Shown: positions 62,003-64,000 of the stretch, one piece after another
Numbering within the stretch: position 1 is the first letter of the stretch
Layout: each line of letters starts with the position of its first letter
IMG/VR virus record: IMGVR_UViG_3300042923_000319
Span: 1 to 64,000 of that record
Reading direction: 5' to 3' (one strand)
Origin: a virus
Length of the DNA: 64,000 nucleotides
Translations under genes and position numbers: made by a program
Notes under the pieces: model-generated
Told to the model about the DNA's origin: nothing
Databases searched by the model: none
The model's input: only the letters and a program-made list of their open reading frames with translations

Positions 62003-62869
62003 GTGATAGATATGGAGCAAATAGTTGAAACAAAATGGTCTTCTGGTAATAGATGGTTGTATGAAGAAAAAGGATACGTATTTACTAAAAAGAACGATAC
62101 TTTATATGTTAAAGTAAAAGATTTATCATTAAATTCTCATATAAAGGTAAAATATACTTGTGATATGTGTGGTAAAGATTTACAAGGTTCTTATCAAATG
62201 TTTAATAGAAGTAAAGATAGTTTATGCTGTGCTTGCGCCACTAAAACAAAATCAGCAGATAAACGCAAGAAATCATTTGAAAAAGTAAAAGAAACTATAG
62301 AATCAAGAGGTTATCAGTTATTATCCACGGAAAATGATTATAAAAGAAATACGAGCAAATTATTATGCGTGTGTAAAGAACATGGTAATTTTATATCGAC
62401 GTATAAATTAATATTCAAAGGGTGTGGATGTCAAACTTGCGGAGTAAAAAGAAGAAGTGGTGAGAATCATCCATTCTGGAATGGTGGAACAACTGCAATA
62501 GGACATTATCTCCGAGATATTATTGTTCCATGGACTCACCAACAACTACAACGTACTGGTTGTAAATGTGAATTGACTGGCAAATATGGCACTCTTAATG
62601 TTCATCACATGTATTCTTTTAGCAATATTATTAAAGATACTATGGAAGAATTACAACTTGATATTAGACCAAATATAAGCGACTACAGTGAAGACGAGCT
62701 TCAACTGATAGTCGTTAATTTTTTGAAAAATAACGAACTAAAAGCTAAACCAATTGTGATGCTTGAGTCAGTTCATAGGGACTTTCACAAGTTTTGTGGT
62801 GGCACATCTAAAGATACTTCATTCAAACAACTAGAAGAATTTAAGAAGATGTTTAAGGAGGTGGTTTAA
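62003..62869 (+). CDS. Zn-finger/HNH-like putative homing endonuclease (paralog of 49157..50020)
   Basis: Near-identical C-terminal domain QQLQR.GCKCE.TGK.G.LNVHHMYSF. Confidence 0.7.
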   Translation: MIDMEQIVETKWSSGNRWLYEEKGYVFTKKNDTLYVKVKDLSLNSHIKVKYTCDMCGKDLQGSYQMFNRSKDSLCCACATKTKSADKRKKSFEKVKETIESRGYQLLSTENDYKRNTSKLLCVCKEHGNFISTYKLIFKGCGCQTCGVKRRSGENHPFWNGGTTAIGHYLRDIIVPWTHQQLQRTGCKCELTGKYGTLNVHHMYSFSNIIKDTMEELQLDIRPNISDYSEDELQLIVVNFLKNNELKAKPIVMLESVHRDFHKFCGGTSKDTSFKQLEEFKKMFKEVV

Positions 62870-63403
62870 ATTTTTGAACCACAGATAGCTTTAATTCTCC
62901 ATTCATGGAGCCGAGGAGTTGCAGCAACATTAGAAGCAAAATGGGGGAATTTGAGTGGCATCGACGGTACAGGTAAAGTTCTCGAAGATTCACCATTTGT
63001 TCAAAGCGGTAACATTGTTGAGTATATACGATGCGTTGGTGCTCGTGCGTGGATTGGAGAATATGGAGGTGGTTCGGAAGCTGATTTATTGAATCCTTAT
63101 TTGGACGAATACGTTAATAATCCTAACTTCAACCATTACCGTAGTAAATCAGACATGACGGTTCGCGGTCGTGACGCTGGCGAGTATCTTGACCTTAACG
63201 GAGAAGCCCACGAATCTACAGGCAGAGCTGCTGGTAAGGACTTGGAATTAAAGCCAGTATATCAAGGAATGTCGATGCCACCGATGCACATTATCGAAGA
63301 AAATATCCAAGCATCACTCCCAGATTTGTATGCTAGGCTCAGCGTCGTAATCCCACAGCTCATAGCACAACAACTTGCCATCGATTTCACAGTAACCATA
63401 TAG
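62870..63403 (+). CDS. Neck / tail completion protein; probable ATT start
   Basis: EYGGGS motif; frame open from ATT 8 nt after GGAGG. Confidence 0.6.
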   Translation: MFEPQIALILHSWSRGVAATLEAKWGNLSGIDGTGKVLEDSPFVQSGNIVEYIRCVGARAWIGEYGGGSEADLLNPYLDEYVNNPNFNHYRSKSDMTVRGRDAGEYLDLNGEAHESTGRAAGKDLELKPVYQGMSMPPMHIIEENIQASLPDLYARLSVVIPQLIAQQLAIDFTVTI

Positions 63404-63413
63404 GAGGTGAGTT

Positions 63414-63836
63414 ATGGATAACGCCTTCAGAGCACAAGAGAAAATGTTCCAATGTTTCCTCTCAGATGAACCACTATGTACACTGTTTGGTATCACAGAT
63501 ATCACTGATATGACATTGGTTGATGCGAAGGTACGACGTGTAGCAGCGGACACGACCGTGCTAGACCCTTCAAATACCGATGTGTTCCCATTTTTTGATT
63601 TTACGTTTCTGCCTATGTATGGAGCTACGAACAACTACCTAACTTATCGAAGTACTCTTGAGTTTAATATCTATGTGTCAGAGCTAGGACAAGCCCAAGA
63701 TATCTATGAAACAATCAAGAGGATACTTGATGATAATTATGATGAAAGTGCAGTGATATACCAAGGTCAAGGCAGTAGTGGAATAAAAGATGTGTACAAA
63801 TATACTTTCAGAATACACCTCTTGATTAGATCGTAA
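63414..63836 (+). CDS. Tail terminator protein
   Basis: Position; FP.F.FT...LEFNIYV pattern. Confidence 0.6.
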   Translation: MDNAFRAQEKMFQCFLSDEPLCTLFGITDITDMTLVDAKVRRVAADTTVLDPSNTDVFPFFDFTFLPMYGATNNYLTYRSTLEFNIYVSELGQAQDIYETIKRILDDNYDESAVIYQGQGSSGIKDVYKYTFRIHLLIRS

Positions 63837-63890
63837 GGACACCATCGAGTGTCTATTTTTTATACCCAAAAACGAAAGGATGATGCATAA

Positions 63891-64000
63891 ATGGCTTTTG
63901 ATTTAAACAAAGAATTAGTGCTCCACAAAATTGGTAAAGGATACCTTAAAACAAAATCTGGTAATTTCAATGAAGTAACCTATGGACAAAAAATGACTTT
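63891..64000 (+). CDS. Probable major tail (tube) protein, 3' end outside window
   Basis: AAAGGATG RBS; MAFDLNKELVLHKIGKG...; position after the tail terminator. Confidence 0.5.
   Translation, partial: MAFDLNKELVLHKIGKGYLKTKSGNFNEVTYGQKMT

Noticed and set aside
375-63869. Many short antisense or alternate-frame ORFs in the track (e.g. 375..581, 14193..14411, 25072..25302, 55797..56066)
   Set aside because: They overlap well-supported genes and lack RBSs or motifs; treated as shadow ORFs
1-64000. CRISPR array formed by the 18-bp motif, with the Cas4-like gene
   Set aside because: Copies are hundreds to thousands of bases apart with no regular spacers; solo Cas4-like nucleases are common in phages
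1-64000. Genome-wide TAG stop-codon reassignment
   Set aside because: Several genes (hicB, terS, head closure, neck) end at TAG in sensible places, long genes are uninterrupted, and no suppressor tRNA is present

Overview
The window is a large part of a temperate siphovirus-like phage genome, probably infecting a Firmicute. The lysin and holin style suggests Negativicutes, but that is inference. It starts inside a tail-tip gene and runs through the tail fibre, lysis cassette, early genes, a family C DNA polymerase (DnaE), and a lysogeny module (tandem-HTH regulator, Xis, intact attP matching the 3' half of tRNA-Thr(CGT), integrase, repressor, Rha antirepressor). It continues with replication and nucleotide genes (T7-like SSB, primase, DnaB helicase, Cas4-like nuclease, dNMP kinase, class II RNR, ThyX, dUTPase, two methyltransferases, sigma-like factor), a minus-strand cluster of small genes with a second tyrosine recombinase, and a 1.6 kb non-coding region. 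The last part holds two tRNAs and the packaging/head/neck module, ending in the start of the probable tail tube gene. Most notable observations: (1) stand-alone mini-proteins that copy single interaction domains (chemoreceptor signalling tip, terminase ATPase fragments, LigA domain Ia, orphan HicB); (2) 16 copies of an 18-bp operator-like site; (3) apparent systematic use of near-cognate start codons (ATA/ATT/ATC/CTG), including in core genes; (4) a candidate structured ncRNA of about 265 nt before the tRNAs and a pseudoknot leader before a BRO-HNH gene; (5) a primase split at its KDxND motif. All calls come from reading motifs by eye; no database searches or folding programs were run.
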